DNA of 64,000 nt from Octopus bimaculoides (Eukaryota): positions 78,732,833-78,796,832 of the forward strand of contig NC_068981.1 in NCBI RefSeq assembly GCF_001194135.2. Reading direction: 5' to 3'. A program made the translations under genes and the position numbers. Below are positions 26,404 through 38,497 of the stretch, in pieces; the stretch's first letter is position 1, and every line of letters starts with the position of its first letter. Below the pieces are notes generated by a model. The model saw only the letters and a program-made list of their open reading frames with translations. It had not been told where the DNA came from and did no database searches.

Positions 26404-26594
26404 TACAGTAATCTCTCGCCATATCATGGTTCATTATTTAAGCTTACATCGATTCCTCCATGGTGTTGTTTTGCATTTAAAATAAAATAAATATATACAA
26501 ATTATAAAAATAAAAAAATATACAGTACAGTGGATTTTCACCTATCACAAGGTTTTTGGAATGTAACACCCACAATAGTCAAAGGGTTACTGTA
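26404..26594. mobile_element. pogo/Tigger-like MITE
   Basis: TA-flanked imperfect TIR TACAGTAATCTCTCGCCAT / ATAGTCAAAGGGTTACTGTA. Confidence 0.65.
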
Positions 26595-27039
26595 TATGTT
26601 GTGTTCGTGTACACACATGTATGTATGTGTGTGTGTGTGCTGCTAGTGCATATGTTTGTATAATTTTTTTTAAATTTTGTAGTTGTCAAGCATTTTGTAG
26701 GAGATTTATTGTACTATACAATATTTATGCAGGAATATGTAGCATTCATAAGATCTGCAAATATATCTGAAGGTTTTCCTTTTGTTTCTGTCCACTGTAA
26801 AATATTTTGCCTCTTTGTATAAGAATTTGGCAAACATATGCATTAATGTGATGTTACAAAAATTAACATGTATGTTTGAATTTTAAAAATGCACAGGTAA
26901 TATTTATCATATATATGAAATTAAATACAGTGATGATGTGGGAAAAAGTGCAGTCTTTTCATTTATAACCAGTTCTGCAATCACAAAATTAATATAAAAA
27001 ATAAACAATATGTTATCAGTGTAAGCATTACAGAAGTTT

Positions 27040-27370
27040 AAAATTTTTTAAAATGCATATAAGGGTCATTAGGAGAGTGCTTTCCCATGACTTGAAAAAT
27101 TCTTTACAAAATATGTAGATGACATTCTTTTGCTATCGTCTCATGAGGAGGCAATTCAATTAGTGTATGTGTGTTCAAAACGGTGCAGATTCTGAAATGA
27201 CACACCTGAGTAACATCAGAATTCTCTCATTCTGCTTGATTTCCAACTGAAGCTCACAAAGAGATAATCCAATAACACTAAATTTTACAGAGAAGTGCCT
27301 CCAGGGGCCTGTTTGTGCATTAGAGATCAGCCTTATCTATTAAATCCAATCTTATCGACATACTGTGTAT
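27040..27370 (+). mobile_element. Penelope-like RT remnant
   Basis: Hand translation KYVDDILLL...QNSLILLDF and RGLFVH*RSAL resembles PLE RT motifs (YVDD...NSLPFLD...FxHxxSA). Confidence 0.55.
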
Positions 27371-28777
27371 ACATAACAGACGTGGCTGTGTGGTTAAGAA
27401 GCTTACTTCCCAACTATGTGGTCTTGCATTCAATCCTGCTACAGGGCATCTTGGGTAGGTGTCTTCTATTATAAAGTCTACACACACTGAACTTTCTTTG
27501 AAAAATGCCTGCCTGGGAGTTGACCTACACATAGCAACAATGCTGGTACATTAGCCAACTGCCCCATCAATAATGTGGAGATACCTTTATGAACCTATAA
27601 CACCATTTATTCATTATGCCATTTTATTTAATGTTAGAATAGGTTACATGAATATAAATTATTGGGGCATATATATTAAGAATGCATATTATTATGTTAC
27701 AGCCAGATGCCCTTCCTGACACAAATCCTTACCTATTTTATTTCTTATACATCTTCAAAAGGAAAGAGCTATCAGATTTGTTGATAGGGAATTGTTAAAT
27801 TTCAATATTTGTTAATATTTACATTCTGTAAATTGCTGAATACAAGAATTTACACAGACACGCATACACATATGCGCACACACACACCCGAGCACGTTTA
27901 TACTAAAGCCTCAGGCTTAGTATATACATCAGGAGAGACATCATACAAGGATATCAAAATTACTAATAAGACCCTAAAAAGAAATATTGGAAATCTAAGG
28001 ACTAAAGAAGCTATCATGATTAATATACTTAATCTGTCTACTGACAACAGTGTTAACATTTGAAAAATAACTAATTAGTTATTTTGATCTGCACAGATAG
28101 AATAAGCTGGTTGGCCTTCTGTTTTCTTGATAAGAGAATTTAAAACCCAAAGTATTAAAATATAAGGTAAAAATATTAACCATTGTCCTTGGGTTGCTTT
28201 GGTGTAGAAGCTGTTTACCTTCCTTATTCTGAAACTTGCATTGTAGTGGCTTTCTTAATATCATTACTATTTCACAATGCTTCACACACACACACACACG
28301 TTTTATAATTTCACTTGGGATAGTAATACTAATGACCAATTATTAGAACTCAATATACAGGTGCTTAAGAGTAAAGCATCAGGTGAGTACTGAGCAAAAT
28401 ATCAATTAATGTACAAGAGAACAGATGTTATGCAAACCCTTTCATTAGCTTTCACCTGTTCCTGCTATAAGCCATTTAAATGGCTTCACGGGAACTTGGA
28501 TTTTGCACAATCACTCAGCTCTGAGTGTACTGCTTCTTATCGCAGAAACAGCTGTAAGCTAATGAAGATGTTAACTTCTGTTCTTTTGTCATTCATTTCT
28601 TGAGACTATACACACACACATACATTCTATAAGGTGGTTGGCATTAGGAAGAGCAACTAGCCATAGAAATCATGCCAAAACAGGCATTGGAGCTCACCAC
28701 TGTCCTCCAGTTTGTTGGATCCAGTGAAACCTAACAATGCTGGCATAGAAGACAGACTTAAATGATAGTGTGTATAA

Positions 28778-28814
<37 letters not shown>

Positions 28815-29368
28815 CATGCACACAAATTCATTCATTTGTTCATTTAACATGTTTTCTCATACTAGCATGGATTAAACAAACACTTATTTGAGGCAAGATA
28901 TTACAGTGAGACATCTTGTTGCTAATTCTCATTTGTTTTTCTTATTCCACAGATCTTCAAAAGTACAGAGCAACCAGTTGTAATGGCAACAATCCATGTA
29001 AACAACATAACCATTTTGTTTAAATGAAACCATGATATGCCAATAACCACACACACATTCTCTTACATGACAAACTTTTACAAATGTTTCCATCTAATAA
29101 ATCCATTCACAAGGCATTAGTTGGCACAAGGTTATAGAAGATGTTTGCCTGAGGCACTGTTCTGTGGAACTGAACCAAGAACCATGTGCATGAGAGAACT
29201 TCTTAACTACACAACCGTGTCCACACATACACTTTATAAACCAAGTATATTTTACGAATAAGTATTCCCTCTCACTTGATAAATTAGCATTATTTTTTAT
29301 CAAACAGCAACTTAAAACTATTGTATGTTATTTTGTGAGAAAACAGAAAATAGCAAAAAAAAAATCAC

Positions 29369-29512
29369 CTTTGCTGAAGAATTAGCCATAGTCTGAATTC
29401 GAGGTATGACCTCTTGCATGAGAGACGTAGGCCAGAAGACTTGAGAGATTAAACCCAGCTGATGAGCCTCAGTTGCTGTTACTTTCCGCCGACCCAACAA
29501 CAGTTCATTGGC
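29369..29512 (-). CDS. CDYL: CDYL coding exon, 144 nt, phase 0 in and out
   Basis: ANELLLGRRKVTATEAHQLGLISQVFWPTSLMQEVIPRIQTMANSSAK. Acceptor ttttgtctcag|GCC; donor AAG|gtgatt. Confidence 0.95.
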
Positions 29513-30006
29513 CTGAGACAAAAGGGAAAAAAAAATGAAGACAAAATAAGGTACAGTAAACATGCCCAACAATCTTTAAATAAGCTGCTCTTTAATAAAG
29601 GAACAGTTTTACTTTTGTTCTAGTGGATGATTTGAAATGTGTTTTTCTGTGACTGCTTTACAAGAAATAATTTTGCATATTTAGATATTTGTTGATAATT
29701 TATTAGTGAGCAACTATCTTTTTTTTTTATAGCACTAGTAATGATATCAGCTAAGTAGAAGAGAAGATAAGGCATATCTAGCAAGGAGAGAAGCTGAAAG
29801 TAAAAAACTGGCTAATATTTTACATCATAACAACCGCAGCACAAGCAAGATGTGTTTCAAATTGAAAAACAGCGTGATTCAGGATACAATCAACAAAAAG
29901 TAAGTTTATAATCAGAGTAGAAGAGTTTATCAGTAATGGCTGTCACAGCAGCTGCAGCATCAACTGATGCAGGGAAAAGAATTACAGAGGTATTAAGATG
30001 ATGGAC

Positions 30007-30207
30007 TATTATAATCCTTAAAATGTTGGATTGTTATAACGTCACCTTGGTATGCAGTATACTTAGTAAAACCAGTAAAAACATGACTATCTCTGACTGC
30101 CTACTACGTACTCCGGTACTTCACATACTTCTCTTTACTTATAGTGACTATGTTATTCCATTTGTCATGTGTGAAGAGCGTATCATTATTACTAATTCCC
30201 TCTAACA
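30007..30207 (-). repeat. 3' LTR (201 bp)
   Basis: Direct repeat of 32655-32854; preceded by the PPT on the minus strand. Confidence 0.93.
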
Positions 30208-32654
30208 TCTTCCCTATTAAGTTTTTCTTAGGAGGTGTCATTTTATTTAGCAATAATTTTTTTTTATTCACCCTTTCTTTTTTAAGTGTTTATTTTCGTA
30301 CAATTTAATATTTATTGTACTTAGCATCTATTTTCAGGAACTTTCTATGTTTTCTTTTCCTCTCACTTGTACGCATGGGTTCAATCACCTAGTGGCATTG
30401 GTACTTGGACTGCATCGTACAACCATTCCATCGGTTCCTTCAACCTCTTTGGTTCGCTTTCCGCGAATCTCTTTTCCAGTTGGTTCCTGTGTCCCTTTTG
30501 TATGCCTTTTCTACTTTTTACCCAATACATCATTTTACCTACGCATTTGGTAATTACGCCATCTTCCCAACTCTGCTTTACATTCTTGTATGCCTTCATA
30601 TACACTTTTTGCACCAACTTGAAAGAATCTTGCTATGTCTTCCCTGACACTTTTTCTTTTCTTGCCAGGTTGCAATTTATCAAAGACTGATTTTATTTTC
30701 CTTGCAAACATCAGCTCCATTGGTGAGATACCTGCTGGTGTATTCCAATTTGGTGTCATACAGAACACTCTTAAAAATTGTTGTAGTGCTACCCCATCCA
30801 TGACTTCCTTATTCGATTTTCTAAGGGCACTTCTGAAGTTATCAATAAAGCATTCTGCTTGTCCATTAGATCCGGGATGGTGTGGCGACATAGTTTTATG
30901 TTCTACCGTGAACATTTCACAAAATTTTAAAAATTCACTAGACACAAAATTGTGTTCCATTGTCAGATACTATCTTGTCTGAGATGCCAAACCTTGCAAA
31001 CAATTCATGTAAAAAATTCATCACAGTTGAAGAGGTTGGTTTTTTTACACATACAAATTTCAGGCCATTTCGTAAAACTATCAACTACCACTAAGTAGTA
31101 AGAACTGTTTAAAGGACCAGCGAAATCGATGAGTAGTCTTGACCACGGAACATCTACTTTTAAACAATGTTTACTTTTTATTATGGGCAATTTTTCATTT
31201 CATTTTGGCTTACATATAGGTGTTCCACTTTGTTTTACTGCAATTTTTGGTTTCAATCCCTTAGCCACATTCAAACGTTCGACTGAACCAACTATATTTC
31301 CACACAAAACACTTATGGGTGTATTCCATACTCTGAATAGTTCCATCCACTCTGTGCTGAACAGATTAAATGAGCTTTCTTAACACATATATCTTTGCTT
31401 TGTTGTTTGACCTCAAAATGTTACATTACATATGAATTCACTGATAAAATATAATCTTTTTCTCATAACACCAAGTACTACCTTTTTAGATTTAATTAAT
31501 TTCAGCTAACTGACATATTTCCACGCCTTTTTCATTTATAATGGTAATATCGCTATCAGGGTTCAATTGCATTTTAACATTTTTTTAACTAGACAATTTT
31601 TCCTCAGGTGTATACCTCCACATGCAAAACATAGGTTTATTCCCTGATTTTTGCCTTGTTTTATAGAAAACACTTTATCTCTATTCTGACTATTTCGCAC
31701 TTGTTTTACTTGGAAATAATCTTTCCATTCAATTTCCTGTGTCATGTCTTAATTTGACTATCCTTTCACATTTTTCTGATACTTGCTGTAGGGTTACATC
31801 CTGGTTTTGTTCCAGCTTAGCAAGAATTCTAGTTCTAACTTCTGTGTCTCTTTCTGCAGTTAGTCCCTGTGTAAAAATCAGGCATTTGAACATATCTGGC
31901 ATTGATTCATCCAGCCTGAACTTCTTACATTCCCTGTAAACTCTACCAGCATATGTGATGTAGTCCTCGTCATTGTTTTTCTCTCTGTTCAGACACTTCT
32001 AGCGTATATTGAACAATGAGCTTTTTACACTAAAAATGTTACACAATATATCTATTGTGTCGTTAAAGTTTACGTCAGGAAGTTTTCTTGGGAGTACATA
32101 ATTGCTGTAACACTCATGTTCTGCTGCTGCATGTTTTTTTAAGATTAAGCACGTTTTCATCTCATGGTCCCAATCTTTAAATTCTTTCTCGAAGATTTGC
32201 TCATATCTTCCGTAGTATACTTTGAAGGTAACTCCTTTGTCGGGTTCGTATTTGACCTCTGTTATGGAGCTCCCTATATAGTCTGGCAAGAACACTTTTT
32301 CTGATTTTCCTGATGACTTCAGTAATAGCAGCATTTGTTGCTGTAATATTATTTGCTGTTGTTGTTGCTCTTGCAGTTGCATCTGCTGCTGTTGTTATTC
32401 TTTCAGTTGTAGCTGCTGCTGCTGTTGTTGTTCTTTCAGTTGTTGTTTTTGCAAATCAAGCAAACTGGCCAACAAATTTTCCATAACTTTACGATTTTTT
32501 TTTGTAAAATTCACACAACAAAAACTTTTGTGAGTTTGTTAACTCCTCGTGAGTTGTTTAAATTCTCTTTGAGTTTCTACTGAATTCACATGAATTGGTT
32601 TATCTTTGTCAAGATTATTAATTCCTCATGAGTTGTTTAAATCCTCGTCGCCAC

Positions 32655-32854
32655 TGTTATAATCCTTAAAATGTTGGATTGTTATAACACCACTTCGGTA
32701 TACAGTATACTTAGTAAAATCAGTAAAGACACAACTATCTCTGACCGCCTGCTATGTACTCCAGTACTTCATGTACTTCTCTTTACTTATAGTGATTATG
32801 TTATTCCATTCGTCATGTGGGAGGGTGTACCATTATTACTAATTCCCTACAACA
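32655..32854 (-). repeat. 5' LTR (200 bp, TG...CA)
   Basis: Direct repeat of 30007-30207; the PBS follows immediately. Confidence 0.93.
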
Positions 32855-33545
32855 TGGACCAAGTCATAAAAGTGGCAGGGTAGTTTATCAAGGTGAACTG
32901 CAGTTTGGGTTTGACCTATAACAGGACACCACCAACATATTCTTTTTATTGAGTAAACTATAACAGTTAAGAACACACCACTAGATATAGCATTCGTTGA
33001 CACAATGAAGGTTTTTGACAATGAATTATGCTCTGTTGTCTGGTAGTCATTAAAAAGCACAATAGAGATGAAAAGCTTTAGAGAGTAGTACAAGCTATAC
33101 AAGGGTGTTATTCATAAAGTGAGAGTTAGTAACAAGTTCAGTGATGAATTCAGTGTATCCATCAGAACTTGGTTTACAGTCCCATCCTGTTTATTATAAT
33201 TCTCAAGTCCATAATTAAACAATTAAAAATGAACTATCCATTTGAATGTGTATAAGCCAATAAAGAAATCAGTCAAAGAATTTCAAGAAAAGTTCCGAAT
33301 AAGGAAGTAGGGTCTATAATTAAAAGGTCTAACCTAGCAAAGAAAGAAGTTTTACTCAGCAAAAAAAGATACAAAAATTTAATGTAAGACTTTTGTACTG
33401 TGTGCTCAATCAATGAGCACACAAAAGATGCAATCGGACTACAGGCAGTGTGACAAAGAAGGATTTTGTATGTAGCAGATATACAGAAGTAATTAGCAGC
33501 AAGATTACCCATGAAATGCAACCTTTGAGGAGCACAGGTTAGCTG

Positions 33546-33750
33546 TACAAGGTGGGTACTGAAAAATTTCTAGCTTTGGGTAAAAGAAAACACAAGAGGA
33601 TTAGTTAATTATGATTGAATTCAACATATTCCACTCTCAGATTCACACACTTATTGCAGCGATTCTTCAATTTTTCTAAGCCTTGTAAAGGAACTTGGAA
33701 GGTCTTTCATGAAACCCTTAAAATCAGGAACTTTTCAGCACCTCCTCGTA
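33546..33750. mobile_element. Tc1/mariner MITE
   Basis: TA-flanked imperfect TIR TACAAGGTGGGTACTGAAAA / CTTTTCAGCACCTCCTCGTA. Confidence 0.75.
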
Positions 33751-34593
33751 AATCATTAACTGCTCCAGTTGTCTAGGCGAGTTTACCCATAGTGGAATTA
33801 AGTGTTACGAAAGCAAAGCAGTCAGAGTAAGGTTAATACCTCAGCTGGCAACAAAGGAGTTTCCTCTTTGAGTGAAAGGCAAATTGCATGTTGCCTGTAC
33901 ATAAGACTACATAGTACCAAGACATGGACTGAATGTTAAGAAAGTACAAAAACTGGAAAGAAATGCGACAAGTATGTTCCATTAGGCATGTAATGTTAGT
34001 GTGCAAAAATGAGGGAGTGCAATAAGAGAAAAAAATCAGCATTGGAGAAATCATCCACTGTGTACAAGACAGAAGACAGCTGATACAGACATGTGATGGA
34101 TATCAAAAATGATAGTTGGATAAAGAAGAATCAAGTAATCCAAGTGGAAGGAGCCTGAGGAAGAAGAATGTCAAAGAAATGGGAGTCTGTGTTGAAGAAT
34201 GCTAAACCTTATGAAGGAAATGACAAGTGACTATGACAAGCAATGACGCAGCAGTACAAAGCAGTATCTAAAGGCATTCTATGTTACATAAATGATGCGT
34301 AATATTATGTTGAGAATGGTGTTGTTTGTTCTGCAAAAATAGTATCTGTAACCTCTTTCTGTAATGATATAATAGTTACAATGGCCAATTGATTAGAACA
34401 TGGTCATTAACTTAATTAACATTGAGATAACATCTAGTAATAAAAAGGGAGAGAACAAGAAAGGCAACTATTGTAATATGTCTAACAGCCATCTTGCTAG
34501 AAGTTTGTATATTTGCATATGATATATTATGTGTGCTGATGAGTTATTGCATATGTTAGAAATCATGTTTTTTTTTTTAAGTAGCATACATAC

Positions 34594-34804
34594 CATTGCA
34601 ATACCAACAGCAAGAGGAAGTGTGTAAGAGGCACAAGCTTCTGGAGTCTGTCCCAGTTGAGAATAAGGTAAATAGAATGTTGCTTTGTCACTGGCATATG
34701 TAATATCACAGATAGGAAGTATAGCCATGCCAGTTCCTATGGCAGCTCCAGGAACAACAGCCACAATTGGTTTGGGAAAAGTTATAAAGGCCTTAGTAAA
34801 CTCT
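34594..34804 (-). CDS. CDYL: CDYL coding exon (crotonase core), 211 nt, phase 2 in, phase 0 out
   Basis: EFTKAFITFPKPIVAVVPGAAIGTGMAILPICDITYASDKATFYLPYSQLGQTPEACASYTLPLAVGIAM. Acceptor cccctttgcag|A; donor ATG|gtatgt. Confidence 0.95.
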
Positions 34805-35213
34805 CTGCAAAGGGGGGAAAAAATCAAATGAAATGGAAAGAATATAGAAAGGTAGCAAAATTGTTACATATGATTAATGTTCTTTTATGAGAAATATTGA
34901 GTACAAGTTACTGAAAAATTAACAATGAAATTCATACATTGAAAAGGTAGAAGGTAATTTGAGGGAGAATATTTAATATGAATGGCTACTTTTTCACCCA
35001 TTTATACTAACTTCACAGAATTCATGATTAATTGTTATTTTATTTGCTCTATAAAAATGAAAATTTATAAGTGTTTATTTTTTTCCCTGTCTTATAATTG
35101 TTAAGGAAAAGACTTTCTTTTCTAAGGAATTTATGAGATCTATTCAGATAAAAGCTACCTTTAACAATAGGAACTGCTAACTCAACAATAAATCAAGATA
35201 CACATTATTTTAA

Positions 35214-35409
35214 CCCTTTAGAATTTAAACCAACCATTTCCAGCCCAAATATTCTACTTGTTTCATATTCAAACTGATCCAATTTGGCCTCTCACACCTA
35301 CCCTTCAATGTCATTCTAAATATAAACAATCACCAAAGATATGAGATAATGCATGGTTAATTCAAACAATGTGAATACACATTATCAGAGTAATCTGAAT
35401 GCTAAAGGG
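35214..35409. mobile_element. piggyBac-like MITE
   Basis: TTAA|CCCTTTAG ... CTAAAGGG|TTAG. A related internal sequence is present in reverse at about 58150-58350. Confidence 0.7.
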
Positions 35410-35684
35410 TTAGACATGCTAAATCAAATTTTAACCTTTCACAACTTCACTTCTTTCAAAGTTTATATAAAGCTGAATGGCATAAAAAAACGTTTTAATT
35501 AAAAATTCAACCCCTGGGAAATTTACTCTCTACATTACTAGTTAGTTTACGCAATTCTTTGCAGGAAAGCCTACCAAGCTAATTTTGCCTTTAATCCATT
35601 TTAAGGCCCAGTATCAGTCAAGCAACCCACAAAATTACAAGTCTTATACCCATGTTAGAAACAACTGAGAACAGTGGATTGGCA

Positions 35685-36108
35685 GAATGGCTAGAGCATC
35701 AGAAAAAATACTTGGCAGTATTTGTTCTAACACTGTGTTCAATTCCTGCTGCAGTCAACTTTGACTTTCAAACGTTAGTGGTTGATAAAGTATCAGTCAA
35801 ATATTAGGTTTTAGGATTGAATTCAGCAACAAACCTCATCCTTCCTAAATTTCAGGCCTTGTATCTATGTTGGAAACATTTATTATTATTAAGGTGATGA
35901 ACTGGCAGAGTTGTTAGCATACCAGGTGAAATGCTTAACAGTATTTTGTCTGTTGGTACATTCTGAGTTCAAATTCCACTGAGGTCGACTTTACTTTTCA
36001 TCTTCTTGGGGGTCGATAAATTAAGTTACCAATGGAAAACTGAGGTCGATGTAGTCAACTATCCCCTTTCCCGAAATTTCAGGTCTTGTGCCTTTTGTAG
36101 AAAGGATT
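35685..36108 (+). mobile_element. Two tandem copies of the same SINE as the 19.7-20.9 kb array
   Basis: The second copy begins tattattattaaggtgatgaactggcag...ctgagttcaaattcc; the first copy is more decayed. Confidence 0.75.
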
Positions 36109-36922
36109 ATGAAGCCAGTATGCTCCGATGGATGTGTAATGTCAGTGTGCATACTAGACAGAGTGTAAGTACCTTGAAAGAAAAGTTGGACTTAAGAAGC
36201 ATCAGTTATGGTGTGCAAGAGAGATGATTGCGCTGGTATGGCCATGTGGCAAGAATGGATGAAGATAGCAGTGTGAAAAAGTGCCACACCCTAGCGGTTG
36301 AGAGAACCTGTGGAAGAGGTAGGCCCAGGAAGGCCTGGGATGAGGTGGTGAGGCAAGACCTTCGAACATTGAGCCTCATCGAGGCGATGACTTCTGACGA
36401 AACCTTTGGAAATATGCTGTGCGTGAGAAGACCCGACAAGCCAAGTTAGACCATAACCCGTGGTCTATGCCAGTGGGTGTAACCAGCCCACTTATGAGTA
36501 CCCCTCATTCATTGGACAATAAACTTTGCTTATGAAGACCTGTTGAGTCAAGTGAAATAAAAATCGCTGACATGGCCGATGACAGTACCACCTGATTGGC
36601 ACGAGTACCAGTGGAACGTTAAAAGCACCATGCGAGCGTGATCGTTGCCAGAGCTGCTGATTGGCTCCCATGCTGGTGGCACGTAAAAAACACCTTTTGA
36701 GCGTGGTCATTGCCAGAACAGCTTGACTGGCCCTCATGGTTCATAAATGCACCCACTACATTCTCAGAGTGGTTGGTGTTAGGAAGGGCATCCAGCTGTA
36801 GAAACTTTGCCACATCAGACTGGAGCCTGGTGCAGCCTTCTGACTTGCCAGTCCTCAGTCAAACCGTCCAACCCATGCCAACATGGAAAGCGGACGTACG
36901 ATGACGATGACGATGATGATGA
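36109..36922 (+). mobile_element. RTE 3' fragment with repeated 3' UTR motif and (GAT)n tail
   Basis: EASMLRWMCNVSV...RWYGHVARMDED...GRGRPRKAW; the ggcacgtaaaaagcacc motif occurs about 3 times. Confidence 0.9.
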
Positions 36923-37424
36923 CTGCAGTGCAGTTATGGAAATGTTATACTTTTCACAGAATGTTGTAAGATAAAAGCCAAAATTAAGGGTAAAAGTGAA
37001 TGGCTGTAGAAAGGATAGGGAAGGGAGGGAGAGAAAGAGAGAGAAAAGAAGTAGAAAATAATATTTAATGTAAATATGTCATGAATTAAATGTGTTCTCG
37101 GCTAGGTTGCAATGTCTTACAGAATTATGTCCCTTGAGTTAGATTGCTTGGAACGGGGACACAGACACACACACATGTAAACATGGGAGATTGGCTCCAC
37201 AAGTTGCCATATTAATTAAAATTGTGTAAAACAAAGAAGATATAATTTTGATGATACTGATTAATAAAAACATTTGTGAATATATATCAAATTAAATACA
37301 CAACCAAAAGAGTTACTAAGTTTTGTGCTATTATGATACTTGAACAAGCATATTTATAAAATACGCCATATCCATCTTAAAGCAATCTTTCAGGCTCTGT
37401 TTATGTTATATACTATATTTTCTG

Positions 37425-37810
37425 TATTTTACTTGTTTCAGTCATTAGACTGCAGCCATCCTGGGGGTACTGCCTTGAAGGGTTTAATTGAACAGATTGA
37501 CCCCAGGACTGTGGCCATGCTGGAGCACCGCCTTTAGTCGAGCAAATCGACCCCAGGACTTATTCTTTCTAAGCCTGGTACTTATTCTTTTTGACAAAAT
37601 GCTAAGTTACTGTGACGTAAACAAACCAACACCAGTTCGCAAGCTAGATAGATCCCTAACTTTGTAAAAATATCTGCACTTACACACACACACACAAATC
37701 CACTCACAAGACTTTGATCAGCCTGAGGCTATAGTAGAAGACACCTTCCATGCAGTGGGATTGAACATGGAACCATGTGGTTGGGAAGCAGGCTTCTAAC
37801 CACACATCAA
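37425..37810 (-). mobile_element. SINE copy with a duplicated 3' segment
   Basis: Same family as 2491-2855; gaccccaggact occurs twice. Confidence 0.8.
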
Positions 37811-37969
37811 TGCCTGTAAATATGTATTAGGTTTATTGGGTAATATTGGGTTTTATCATCCATCCAGAATGATAGAGCTTTAGCCATCATTCACATAACC
37901 TTACTACATAGCTATGGCAAACTCTGTGTGCATGTGTGTCTTCAGATACTTTTAGAGAGTCTTTGTGTT

Positions 37970-38320
37970 TGAATGACAGTAAAACCATCTGGACAAGGTA
38001 AACTTCAAAATCAAGAACATCTTGCCTACAGCCCAGTTCTGACCTCTTCTGACTATCATATCTTTGGACTATTCAAAGATAATTTACAAGGTTGTCAATT
38101 TCCTACAGATAAAGATGTGAAGGAAGTGGTGCATAAATCGTTGCACAACCAACTGTAGACCTTCTTCCTGGAGGGAATATGAAAGCTTGTGGACTGCTGG
38201 ACCAAGTGCATTGTAAAGGAAGGAAACTATATAGAAAAATGATGTACTTGTTTATCCCGTGCTTTTGTGTGAATACAGTGAAAAAACAAGAGTGCATTAA
38301 GTTTTTGACTCTCCCTCATA
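37970..38320 (+). mobile_element. mariner 3' end (transposase C-terminus plus TIR)
   Basis: HLAYSPVLTSSDYHIFGLFKDNLQG...KLVDCWTKC..EGNYIEK*, then TIR-like gtttttgactctccctcata. Confidence 0.8.
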
Positions 38321-38333
38321 TATATAGTCTTAC

Positions 38334-38497
38334 CTGAGTGCATCTGCCATTTTTCTGGCTTGTACCTTACGTTCACCAGTTAGCAGAAAATGGAGGTCTA
38401 TGCCAGAGCAAAAGACACTGCCAAGACTGGAAAACATCACAAGATGACTGTCATCATATTTGGCAGAATTTAAGGCAGACACAACTTCTTGAATAAC
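38334..38497 (-). CDS. CDYL: CDYL coding exon (crotonase), 164 nt, phase 0 in, phase 2 out
   Basis: Not in the ORF track; translated by hand: VIQEVVSALNSAKYDDSHLVMFSSLGSVFCSGIDLHFLLTGERKVQARKMADAL(R). Acceptor tcatttgctag|GTT; donor CAG|gtaaga. FCSGIDL is the first oxyanion-hole motif. Confidence 0.93.

Larger units (their letters stand above)
30007..32854 (-). mobile_element. Ty3/gypsy (Mag/K02A2.6-like) LTR retrotransposon, internally deleted (no RT/RNase H)
   Basis: LTRs at 32655-32854 and 30007-30207; 5-bp TSD TGGAC (30002-30006, 32855-32859); PBS TGGCGACGAGGAT; PPT TTAATAGGGAAGA; Q-rich gag with CFACGGIHLRKNC knuckle; integrase WSRLLIDFAGP, VSDNGTQ and HPGSNGQAE. Confidence 0.95.
29730..34260 (+). 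mobile_element. Old RTE LINE split by the gypsy insertion and a mariner MITE
   Basis: Removing 30007-32859 rejoins TAC AGA GGT ATT AAG ATG ATG GAC|CAA GTC ATA AAA GTG = YRGIKMMDQVIKV. Further RTE-like pieces extend to about 34260. Confidence 0.7.

Noticed and set aside
28361-28382. Plus-strand 22-nt micro-exon with donor CAG|gtgagt
   Set aside because: The acceptor lacks a polypyrimidine tract, and there are no partner exons.
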